DNA of 32,000 bases. Origin: an uncultured archaeon (GTDB taxonomy: Archaea; Iainarchaeota; Iainarchaeia; Iainarchaeales; CSSED10-239). The stretch covers positions 5,954 through 37,953 of the forward strand of contig CAZQEL010000006.1 of NCBI GenBank assembly GCA_964591795.1. The letters run 5' to 3'. Below, in pieces: positions 24,721-32,000 of this stretch. Within the stretch, counting starts at the first letter, position 1. The number at the start of each line of letters is the position of its first letter. Position numbers and translations under genes: made by a program. The notes under the pieces are model-generated. The model worked only from the letters and a program-made list of their open reading frames with translations. It was not told the DNA's origin and did not search any database.

Positions 24721-24872
24721 TCTCTTCTTTCATTAATAAGAAGTATTATTCCAATAATTATAAGTATAAGGCCTAAATATACATTTAATTTAGATAAAAT
24801 TCCTGGTAAATCAGGAATATACATTCCAATTCCTATGCCCATTATAATTCCACTAGCAAGTGCTTTACCCAT
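24717..24872 (-). CDS. unannotated small membrane protein (51 aa)
   Basis: My translation is MGKALASGIIMGIGIGMYIPDLPGILSKLNVYLGLILIIIGIILLINERRD, giving two hydrophobic segments. GGAG lies about 10 nt upstream of the ATG. It is below the ORF-track length cutoff. Its stop overlaps the stop of the 23746-24720 gene. Confidence 0.4.
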   Translation of the reverse strand: MGKALASGIIMGIGIGMYIPDLPGILSKLNVYLGLILIIIGIILLINERRD

Positions 24873-25011
24873 ATTTTTAAAACTCCTGTGTTTTCTAAAT
24901 AAATTTATTATTTATAATTTCATATATTATCATAAGGTTTTTAAATTAATTTAGTTGTAAGTTCTAACTAAAAGAGATTGTTTTTATTCTTTTCCTACTT
25001 ATATAATAAAT

Positions 25012-25674
25012 ATGATTTTTAATAATGTTATTTTTGGATTATCAGATATCTTGATAAAAAATCATTCTGCTAAAAAGATTAATTATAAATATCTATCTGA
25101 ATTGGTAACATTTTCAAAAAATAATAATATTTCTTTATATCTTGTCACTGGTCTTAAAGATGAAATTGGTTTGAAAATTATAAAAAAACATAAACTAGAT
25201 ACTTTTTTTAAACTAGAAAATATTTTTCATGTAACTGATGTTTATTTTCAATCTTTGTCTGATATTGATAGGGAGATTAGATCTGAAAAATATAAACAAG
25301 ATAAAAATTATTTAGATGATTATTTTAAAATATATTTTTTAACTAAAATTAAACCAAAACTTAATACTAAAAAAACTTTATATGTAGGGCATGATCTTTG
25401 GTCTGATGCTTATTATATTACAGAATATACTAAAGTAAATGTTTTACTTTTAAAACAATTTATTTCTTTTAATAATGAACTCTATGAAACTGATCTTAAA
25501 ACTATAAATGTAATTAATCCTAGTTTTTCTGATTTTAAAGAAGTTTTAACTAAAAAAAGAGTGTTTGATTATACTAAACTTAAATCTTTTGCAAAAAATT
25601 ATTTATTAACAAAAACTATTGGTAAAATTAATTTAAATCTTGACTATAGCAAGTTATATAAGAAAAAGGTGTGA
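25012..25674 (+). CDS. hypothetical protein, degenerate HAD-like hydrolase pattern
   Basis: 220 aa. The N-terminal VIFGLSDILI sits where HAD motif I (hhhhDxDxT) belongs but lacks both Asp residues. LYLVTG looks like motif II and LYVGHDLWSD looks like motif IV. Its stop is 7 nt before eno. Confidence 0.4.
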   Translation: MIFNNVIFGLSDILIKNHSAKKINYKYLSELVTFSKNNNISLYLVTGLKDEIGLKIIKKHKLDTFFKLENIFHVTDVYFQSLSDIDREIRSEKYKQDKNYLDDYFKIYFLTKIKPKLNTKKTLYVGHDLWSDAYYITEYTKVNVLLLKQFISFNNELYETDLKTINVINPSFSDFKEVLTKKRVFDYTKLKSFAKNYLLTKTIGKINLNLDYSKLYKKKV

Positions 25675-25681
25675 TGACTAA

Positions 25682-26929
25682 ATGGAAATTAAAAATATTA
25701 AGGCAATTAGAATATTAGATTCAAGAGGAGTTCCAACTATTAGAACATTTGTATCTACTGAAAATACAGTTGGTGTTGCATCAGTTCCTTCAGGAACCTC
25801 AGCAGGATTGTATGAAGCCTATGAACTAAGGGATAAAAATTCTAAAAATTATTTTAAATTAGATGTTTCTAAAGCCATAAATAATGTGAATAATATAATT
25901 TCTAAAAAATTAAAAGGTAAATTTGTTTTAAATCAAGAAGATATTGATAAAACTATGATTGATTTGGATGGTACTGATAACAAATCAAAACTAGGTGCTA
26001 ATGCAATTTTATCAGTTAGTCTTGCAACAGCAAGAGCAGCTGCTCAAGAACTTTCAATGCCATTATATAAATATATATCAAGGTTAGTTAAAAATAATAA
26101 ATTTATTTTTCCTACATCTTTATTGAATATAATTAATGGTGGGCTTCATTCTGGGTCAAATATTTCCTTTCAAGAATATTTAATAATTCCTAAATTTAAG
26201 GATTATGAAGATACTATTAGAGCATCAAGTGAAATTTATCATGCTTTAAAAGAGATTATCTCTAAAGAACTAGGACCCTCTTCAACGAATGTTGGGTATG
26301 AAGGAGGGTTTGTTCCAAATTTTAAAGATACTAATGATGAAAACCCCTTAATATTTATTGAAAAGGCAATTTTAAGGGCCGGATATACACGAAAAGAGAT
26401 AGGTTTAGGACTTGATTGTGCAGCGAATTCTTTTTATAATGAAAAAACAAAGAATTATTTTTTAAACAATAAAAATTATTCTTCTGATGAACTTTCTGAT
26501 TATTATTTTAAAATAATTAAAGATTATAAAATAATGTCCATTGAAGATCCTTTTTTTGAAAACGATAAACTTTCTTGGAAAAAATTTAATAAAAAAGTAA
26601 ATAATAAAATTAATGTAGTGGGTGATGATTTATTAGTTACAAAGCCTGCTTTAATTAAAGATGCTATCAAAAAAAAATATTGTAATACTCTTTTGCTTAA
26701 AGTAAATCAAATAGGTTCACTTTCAGAAAGTATAGATGCTTTTAATATTGCAAAAAAAGCAAATTGGAAAGTTGTAGTATCTCATAGGTCAGGAGAAACT
26801 GAAGATAATTTTATTTCTGATCTTGCTTATGGACTTAATGCAGATTACACTAAATTTGGAGCGCCAGCGAGAAGTGAGAGAACTAGTAAATATAATCGTT
26901 TGCTTGAAATAAAAAATACTGACTTTTAA
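25682..26929 (+). CDS. eno: enolase (phosphopyruvate hydratase)
   Basis: It has IRILDSRGVPTI, LGANAILSVSLA, IEDPF, VGDDL.VT and SHRSGETED, all canonical enolase motifs. Confidence 0.93.
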   Translation: MEIKNIKAIRILDSRGVPTIRTFVSTENTVGVASVPSGTSAGLYEAYELRDKNSKNYFKLDVSKAINNVNNIISKKLKGKFVLNQEDIDKTMIDLDGTDNKSKLGANAILSVSLATARAAAQELSMPLYKYISRLVKNNKFIFPTSLLNIINGGLHSGSNISFQEYLIIPKFKDYEDTIRASSEIYHALKEIISKELGPSSTNVGYEGGFVPNFKDTNDENPLIFIEKAILRAGYTRKEIGLGLDCAANSFYNEKTKNYFLNNKNYSSDELSDYYFKIIKDYKIMSIEDPFFENDKLSWKKFNKKVNNKINVVGDDLLVTKPALIKDAIKKKYCNTLLLKVNQIGSLSESIDAFNIAKKANWKVVVSHRSGETEDNFISDLAYGLNADYTKFGAPARSERTSKYNRLLEIKNTDF

Positions 26930-26949
26930 TTTTTAGATGTTAATTAAAA

Positions 26950-26968
26950 AAAGCTTAAATTAAGCTTT
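26950..26968. terminator. hairpin flanked by A-run and T-run (bidirectional terminator-like) between eno and the small minus-strand ORF
   Basis: AAAGCTT (26950-26956) pairs with AAGCTTT (26962-26968). An A-run lies 5' and TTTCTTTTTT lies 3'. It overlaps the stop codon of the small minus-strand ORF. Confidence 0.4.
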
Positions 26969-27130
26969 CTTTTTTAACATTGGAAGACCTGTTCTTGTGT
27001 TCTCAATAACATCATAGCCTTCAGGTAAATCTATTGAATCTTTAATTTCTCCTGAAAAGAAAAATAAGTGTCCTTTTTTGTGAAGGTGATATATTTTGCC
27101 GTTTTTTTTGTTTGTTTGTGAAAAACCCAT
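26960..27130 (-). CDS. unannotated small protein (56 aa)
   Basis: My translation is MGFSQTNKKNGKIYHLHKKGHLFFFSGEIKDSIDLPEGYDVIENTRTGLPMLKKKA. GGGGGT lies about 9 nt upstream of the ATG. It is below the ORF-track cutoff. The composition looks protein-like rather than low-complexity. Confidence 0.45.
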   Translation of the reverse strand: MGFSQTNKKNGKIYHLHKKGHLFFFSGEIKDSIDLPEGYDVIENTRTGLPMLKKKA

Positions 27131-27311
27131 ATTTAATAACCCCCGTTTATTTTAAACTAATTAAAATTATATAGTTTGAACTAATATATATATATTTAGT
27201 TTTTATGATTAATTTTGTAACTAGATGCAATAACGATCTATTTAAAAAACATTTATAAACATATTTATTTATAAGATTAATATTAATTATAATTAAAAGG
27301 GTGAAAAATTA

Positions 27312-28157
27312 ATGGCAGATGAATTTGATTTAAACGAAGATGTAGGTTCTTCAAAGAAATCAGGAACTTCTAAATTAAGACTTGAAGGTATAATTCCAAT
27401 TGTAATAATTGTAATTGTAATTTTACTTATTGCTTTTAAAACAAATATATTCACAGGATCATCAAATTTATTTGGTGGTAATGGGTCTTCTGTTTTAATA
27501 ATTGGTTCTCCAAGTCCAAATTTACAAATGGTTCTTAATAACGCAGAGAATAAAGATATAATTAAAGAAAAAAGAAATGTAACAATGGATGCTCTTTTGT
27601 ATAATCCGACTGAAAGGATAAAAGGGTATGATATAATAATTTTAGATCAAACATTATCTGCTGATAAATCAATAACAAGAACAGCTGGTGAAGCAATTAC
27701 TTCTTTTGTTAAATCAGGTGGTAGTTTAGTTGTTGTTTTAAATTCAGGAATTGAAAGACCTGGAGATACATCAGTAATTGGTTGGAAACCAACTTTTGGA
27801 GATATAATACCTGTATCTTGTAATCCAACTCTTTATAACATACCAAGTTGTAAACAACAATTAAGAGTTAATGGTATTATTTATGCAAATAGATATAATA
27901 GTAAACAAGGTGCATACAAGATAATGTATGGTATTGAAAAAGTACCTGCTCTTGAAGCTGCTGGTTTAATTTCAACAGAGACATATCCAATAACTGTTGA
28001 AGGAACTGAACTTGCTTATATAGTTGATTCAAGAACTGGAACATACTATCCTGCAATTGTTGAAAAGCCTTTACTTTTAGGAAAAGTAATTTACTTTAAT
28101 TACGATCCTGGATTAGCAGAAGCAATTTTCATCAATACTTTAAAATATTTAAAATAG
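27312..28157 (+). CDS. membrane-anchored protein with class I glutamine-amidotransferase-like (ThuA/DUF1355-like) ectodomain candidate
   Basis: 281 aa with a short cytoplasmic tail and one TM segment (IIPIVIIVIVILLIAF). YDIIILDQTLSADKSITRTAGEAITSFVKSGGSLVVV resembles the YDvvil.......l......l..fV..GGgLv pattern of that fold. An SD-like AAGGGTGA lies upstream. Confidence 0.5.
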   Translation: MADEFDLNEDVGSSKKSGTSKLRLEGIIPIVIIVIVILLIAFKTNIFTGSSNLFGGNGSSVLIIGSPSPNLQMVLNNAENKDIIKEKRNVTMDALLYNPTERIKGYDIIILDQTLSADKSITRTAGEAITSFVKSGGSLVVVLNSGIERPGDTSVIGWKPTFGDIIPVSCNPTLYNIPSCKQQLRVNGIIYANRYNSKQGAYKIMYGIEKVPALEAAGLISTETYPITVEGTELAYIVDSRTGTYYPAIVEKPLLLGKVIYFNYDPGLAEAIFINTLKYLK

Positions 28158-28178
28158 ATTTTAATTAAAAATCTATTT
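28152..28178 (+). terminator. hairpin plus T-tract terminator
   Basis: There is a perfect 11-bp stem AAATAGATTTT (28152-28162) / AAAATCTATTT (28168-28178) with a 5-nt loop. It overlaps the stop codon and is followed by CTTTCTTCTTTTTTTATTT. Confidence 0.5.
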
Positions 28179-28336
28179 CTTTCTTCTTTTTTTATTTAAA
28201 AAAACATTTAAAAACATTTCTGATTAACTATTATATAATAAATAAGAATAATACTTATATTTTAATTTTAAGTTATTCTTTTAATTTTAAAAAAAACCGA
28301 TATAACTGCTTATATAGCAGGAGGTGCTAGAAGAAA

Positions 28337-28993
28337 ATGGATAAAAAAGTTTTAGAGACTACACTTCAGACTCTCTTTTCAGGTGTTAAGAAAAGAAATT
28401 TTGATGAAGCTGTTGATCTAATAATAACATTCAAAAATATGAACATAAAAAATAAAGATCATAGATTTGAATATTTTGTAACTATTCCTAATCCTTTTAT
28501 CACAAAGATTAAAACATTAGCATTTGTAAAAAACAAACATTTTGTTGAGTCTTTGAAAGATATTGTGGATAGGATAATTGTAGATGATGATATTTCTAAA
28601 ATTTCTAAAAAAGAAGGTAAAAAACTTGCAAGAGAATTTGATTTAATTTTAGCAGAAGGATCTGCAATGTTAACTGTGGGTAAATTTTTAGGACAAGTTT
28701 TAAGTCCAAAAGGAAAAATGGCTATTGTTATGCCACCAAATGAACAAGCAGTTGAAAGTTTAATTGCTGCTCAATTAACAAAATTAAAAGTTACTAATAA
28801 AAAAAGTAAATCTTCAGTTTCAATTTTAGTAAAAATTGGTAAGAGAAGCCAAGATGTAAATAAAATTGTTGAAAATACCTTAATAGTTTATAACTCACTT
28901 CTTGAAAAATTACCTAATGGTAAACAAAATATTAAAGATGTGATTTATAAAACTACAATGAGCGCGCCTGTAAAGGTTGGAGGTGCTTTATAA
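28337..28993 (+). CDS. rpl1: 50S ribosomal protein L1
   Basis: 218 aa with NFDEAVDLIITFKN. The strong SD GGAGGTG lies upstream. It is the first gene of the conserved archaeal L1-L10-L12 operon. Confidence 0.85.
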   Translation: MDKKVLETTLQTLFSGVKKRNFDEAVDLIITFKNMNIKNKDHRFEYFVTIPNPFITKIKTLAFVKNKHFVESLKDIVDRIIVDDDISKISKKEGKKLAREFDLILAEGSAMLTVGKFLGQVLSPKGKMAIVMPPNEQAVESLIAAQLTKLKVTNKKSKSSVSILVKIGKRSQDVNKIVENTLIVYNSLLEKLPNGKQNIKDVIYKTTMSAPVKVGGAL

Positions 28994-29748
28994 TGACTAG
29001 ACACCTTAAAGCTTGGAGATTTAAAGAACTTGATATTATTGCAGGTACTTTAGGAAAATATAAAACCATTGGTATTGGTGATTTAAATAATTTCCCATCA
29101 GCATTACTTCATAAATTAAGAAAGAATGCACCTGATATAACATTCAAGGTAACAAATAAAAATATCTTAAAAATGGCTCTTGATAAAATAAATCAAAAAG
29201 ATATTATTGAAAAATTACCAAATCAACCAATATTGATATTATCTAATGATAATGCTTTTGAAATATATTCTGAAATTAAGAAAAATAAATCAAAATCAAA
29301 AGCAAAAGTTGGAATGATTTCGCCAATTGACATTGTAATTCCTGCTGGAGACACTGGTTTAACACCTGGTCCTGCACTTTCAGATCTTAAAAAAGTTAAT
29401 ATTAAAGCTCAAGTTAAAGGAGCAACAATATTTGTAACTAAAGATACTGTTATTGCAAAAGAAGGAGATATCATAAATGAAGATATTGTTAGTATATTAT
29501 CAAAGCTTGACATTAAACCTGTTGAACTTATTTTAGATGTTGTTTTCATAAAAGAAGACGGAATAATTTATTCTAAGGATGTACTTGATGTTGATGCGGA
29601 AGCAATTTATGATAATTTAATAATGGCTGTAAGACAATCTATTAATTTAGGTGTTGAAGCTGGTTATGCAACAAAAATGACAATTGAGCCAATGATAATG
29701 ATGGCTGAATTGAAAGCGCAAGCTTTACAAAAGGAGGTATCTAAATAA
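28993..29748 (+). CDS. rpl10: 50S ribosomal protein L10 / acidic stalk protein P0 (short form)
   Basis: It has the W+.KEL pattern at the N-terminus and IPAGDTGLTPGPALSDLKK in the middle. It sits between L1 (1-nt overlap, TAATG) and L12. It is only 251 aa and has no acidic or GLG.LFG tail. Confidence 0.8.
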   Translation: MTRHLKAWRFKELDIIAGTLGKYKTIGIGDLNNFPSALLHKLRKNAPDITFKVTNKNILKMALDKINQKDIIEKLPNQPILILSNDNAFEIYSEIKKNKSKSKAKVGMISPIDIVIPAGDTGLTPGPALSDLKKVNIKAQVKGATIFVTKDTVIAKEGDIINEDIVSILSKLDIKPVELILDVVFIKEDGIIYSKDVLDVDAEAIYDNLIMAVRQSINLGVEAGYATKMTIEPMIMMAELKAQALQKEVSK

Positions 29749-29798
29749 CTTTAGATACTTTTCTAAAAAATATATTAAATATGAGAGGGTGAATTAGT

Positions 29799-30086
29799 AT
29801 GGATTATATCTATGCAGTTTTATTATTACACAACGGAAAAAAAGAAATAACTGAAGCAAACGTAAAAGCAGTTTTAACATCAGCAGGATTACCTGTTGAC
29901 GATGCTAAACTTAAAGGTCTTTTAGCTTCTTTAAAAAATATAACTATAGCTGAAGCTATAGAAAAAGCTTCAATGCCAGTTGCTAGTGCTGTACCTGTTG
30001 CTGAAGTTAAAGAAGAAGCAAAAGAAGAAGAAGTTGAAGTTTCAGAAGAATCAGCTGCTGAAGGTTTAGGTTCATTATTCGGTTAA
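29799..30086 (+). CDS. rpl12: 50S ribosomal protein L12 / stalk protein P1
   Basis: It has MDYIYAVLLLH at the N-terminus and an Ala/Glu-rich linker. The canonical C-terminus is EESAAEGLGSLFG. An SD-like GAGGGTGA lies upstream. Confidence 0.92.
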   Translation: MDYIYAVLLLHNGKKEITEANVKAVLTSAGLPVDDAKLKGLLASLKNITIAEAIEKASMPVASAVPVAEVKEEAKEEEVEVSEESAAEGLGSLFG

Positions 30087-30088
30087 TT

Positions 30089-30145
30089 AGTCTTTTTTAA
30101 AAAAAGACTTTTCTTTTTTATTTTCAAGACAAATTTTCTTGAAAA
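30089..30145 (+). terminator. two tandem hairpins with T-tracts after the stalk operon
   Basis: The first hairpin is AGTCTTTTTT (30089-30098) / AAAAAAGACT (30100-30109), followed by TTTCTTTTTT. The second is TTTTCAAGA (30121-30129) / TCTTGAAAA (30137-30145), followed by a T-rich run. Confidence 0.45.
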
Positions 30146-30233
30146 TAACTCTTTTTTTATTTTTAATTATTCTTATTTTTACGGTCATCACCTGTCAATA
30201 AATATATAAACTATTTATTCTATAATATACTAT

Positions 30234-31823
30234 ATGTCAGTAGAAGAAAAATATGTATCTTTTCCATATATTAAAAAAAATGTTATTGAAAAGAGAGTCT
30301 ATCAAGAACTTTTAACTGCAAAAGCTATTGAAGAATCAACTTTAGTTGTAGCTCCTACTGGCCTTGGTAAAACAATTGTTGCTATTTTACTTATTGGTTA
30401 TATGTATAATCCTAATAAATCAATTATTTTTTTAGCACCAACTAAACCGCTTGTTACTCAACATAAAAATTCTTTGATTAAATTACTTGAAATTCCTGAG
30501 GATAAAATAATTTTTTTAACAGGGCAAATTCCTCAAGAAAAAAGAAAAAAAATATATTCTAAAAAAGGACTTATAATTTGTGCTACACCTCAAACAATTA
30601 GAAACGATATCAAAAATAATTTGTTAAACGAAAACAATTTTAATTTAATTATTTTTGATGAAGCGCACAGAGCGGTAGGTGAATATGCTTATGTTGCAAT
30701 ATCTACTTTTTTTCCAGAAAAAATAAAAAGATTAGCATTAACAGCATCTCCTGGTTATAATAAAAAAAAAATAAGGGAAGTTGCAGATAATTTAAAAATT
30801 AAACATATGGAAATTAGAACTGATAATGATTTAGATGTTGTTGATTACTTAAAAGAAATTGAAATAGAAACTATTTTTACTGAGCTTGATCCAGTTTCTC
30901 GAAAAATATCAAATATACTTGATTCATTTATTTTAAAAAAAATCACATTTTTAAGAAAATTACATTTTTCAATTGGAATTAATTTTTCAAAGAAACAAAT
31001 TATAATGATTCAGCAACAAATATTTAAAAGAATGGAATTAAGTAAAAGTTCTATCAATTTTTTAGCATTAATTAATACTTCTCTAGCTTTAAAGGGTTAT
31101 CATGCTAAAGAACTTATTGAGACTCAAGGTTTTTTATCTTTAAAAAATTATCTTGATAAAATGTTTCAAAATTCAAAAACATCTAAAAATACAAAAACTG
31201 TTGCTCAATTTATAAATTCTAAAGAAGTTTTAGAAGTTTACAGATTATTAATTAATCATAATTTTAATAAAAATTTATATTCAAAAGAAAAAATATTATT
31301 AGATATAATAAAACCGTTTGTAATTTTAAATCCTAAATCAAAAATTTTAATATTTAATAATTTTAGGGATAATGCAACAAATATTACTAATTTATTAAAT
31401 AATGAAAAAGGGTTGAAGGTCGCAAGATTTGTAGGACAAGCATCTAAAGAAAAAGATAAAGGATTATCTCAAAAAGAACAATCAAAGATGATTGTTGATT
31501 TTAAAAATGGGGTTTATAATATTTTAGTATGTACATCTGTGGGTGAAGAAGGACTTGATATTCCTGCAGTTGATTTAGTTATTTTTTATGATGCTGTTCC
31601 TTCTGAAATAAGGTCTATTCAAAGACGTGGAAGAACAGGTAGGTTTAGTGTTGGAAAAGTTATTTTGATTTTAAATAAAGATACTGTTGATGAAAATTAT
31701 TATTTAGTATCTTTACAAAAAGAAAAAACTATGAAAAAAAATCTTTTAAATTTTTCAAAAAATGATTTGTTAAAAAAATCATCTGTAAAAAAACCTTTTC
31801 AAAAAAATTTAAGTGATTTTTAA
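30234..31823 (+). CDS. hef: Hef/FANCM/Mph1-like SF2 helicase (helicase module only, no ERCC4 nuclease domain)
   Basis: Motif I is APTGLGKT, Ia is FLAPTKPLV, II is FDEAHRAVGEYAY, III is LTASPG and VI is QRRGRTGR, with a helical insertion between the RecA lobes. The protein is 529 aa and ends in FQKNLSDF. Confidence 0.75.
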   Translation: MSVEEKYVSFPYIKKNVIEKRVYQELLTAKAIEESTLVVAPTGLGKTIVAILLIGYMYNPNKSIIFLAPTKPLVTQHKNSLIKLLEIPEDKIIFLTGQIPQEKRKKIYSKKGLIICATPQTIRNDIKNNLLNENNFNLIIFDEAHRAVGEYAYVAISTFFPEKIKRLALTASPGYNKKKIREVADNLKIKHMEIRTDNDLDVVDYLKEIEIETIFTELDPVSRKISNILDSFILKKITFLRKLHFSIGINFSKKQIIMIQQQIFKRMELSKSSINFLALINTSLALKGYHAKELIETQGFLSLKNYLDKMFQNSKTSKNTKTVAQFINSKEVLEVYRLLINHNFNKNLYSKEKILLDIIKPFVILNPKSKILIFNNFRDNATNITNLLNNEKGLKVARFVGQASKEKDKGLSQKEQSKMIVDFKNGVYNILVCTSVGEEGLDIPAVDLVIFYDAVPSEIRSIQRRGRTGRFSVGKVILILNKDTVDENYYLVSLQKEKTMKKNLLNFSKNDLLKKSSVKKPFQKNLSDF

Positions 31824-31852
31824 TAAAAAAATAATTAGGGAGTTTTTAAATT

Positions 31853-32000
31853 ATGGAATTTACAGATTTTTTAATTGAAGCTAAAAAAAACACCTATGCT
31901 TCATCACGCCTTACAGATAAATTAAATAAAGATAGGTCTAAGGAATTAATTTTTGAAAAAGATAATTATATTTATGTGGATAAATTTTATGGTTATAATC
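31853..32000 (+). CDS. DUF5680-like protein, N-terminal fragment (runs off the window)
   Basis: FTDFLIEAKKNTYAS......S.ELIFEKDNYIYVDKFYG matches my recollection of the DUF5680 N-terminus (FL..AKK.TYA ... Y.D.Y.G). GGGAG lies upstream of the ATG. Confidence 0.45.
   Translation, partial: MEFTDFLIEAKKNTYASSRLTDKLNKDRSKELIFEKDNYIYVDKFYGYN

Noticed and set aside
28290-28336. Hairpin CTGCT-TATAT-AGCAG just upstream of the L1 SD as the L1 autoregulatory mRNA site
   Set aside because: L1 autoregulation of the L1-L10-L12 operon is established in Methanococcus. However, I cannot show that this 5-bp hairpin mimics the 23S L1-binding site, and short hairpins like this are common by chance in AT-rich sequence.
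1-32000. Alternative genetic code or stop-codon reassignment
   Set aside because: All conserved genes terminate at full family length on TAA, TAG or TGA. None shows in-frame stops, so the standard code (table 11) explains the window.

Overview
Very AT-rich, tightly packed archaeal chromosome segment. Convergent genes lie only 2-20 nt apart and several starts and stops overlap. The gene content is unambiguously archaeal: TBP, r-proteins L21e, L1, P0/L10 and P1/L12, RNAP subunit F, a class I CCA-adding enzyme, AglB/STT3, an Sm protein, Hef and Nre. The extreme AT bias, shortened proteins and many orphan ORFs fit a reduced-genome (DPANN-like) archaeon. I support about 35 protein genes, two paralogous tRNA-Ser genes flanking a Trbp111/CsaA-type tRNA-binding protein, and a stand-alone 5S rRNA. 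I also add two sub-60-aa ORFs that the track missed, several hairpin plus oligo-T terminators, and one GC-enriched non-coding block that looks like a structured RNA. I saw no CRISPR array, integrase, transposase or obvious mobile element. The best candidates for undescribed biology are three. First, a co-directional cassette (21.2-24.7 kb) of NYN nuclease, DUF4388/PATAN-like protein, Roadblock/LC7-like protein, MinD carrying its own amphipathic tail, Sm, and a membrane protein reusing the same KRIFS helix. Second, a 959-aa HerA/DUF87-type ATPase with a disordered N-terminus and a duplicated PepSY-like C-terminal module, followed by a 99-aa ORF with faint TBP-half-domain similarity. Third, a tRNA-themed locus: cca, a translationally coupled orphan ORF, the candidate ncRNA, then tRNA-Ser, Trbp111 and tRNA-Ser. 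All family assignments come from motif recognition by eye, and no searches were run.
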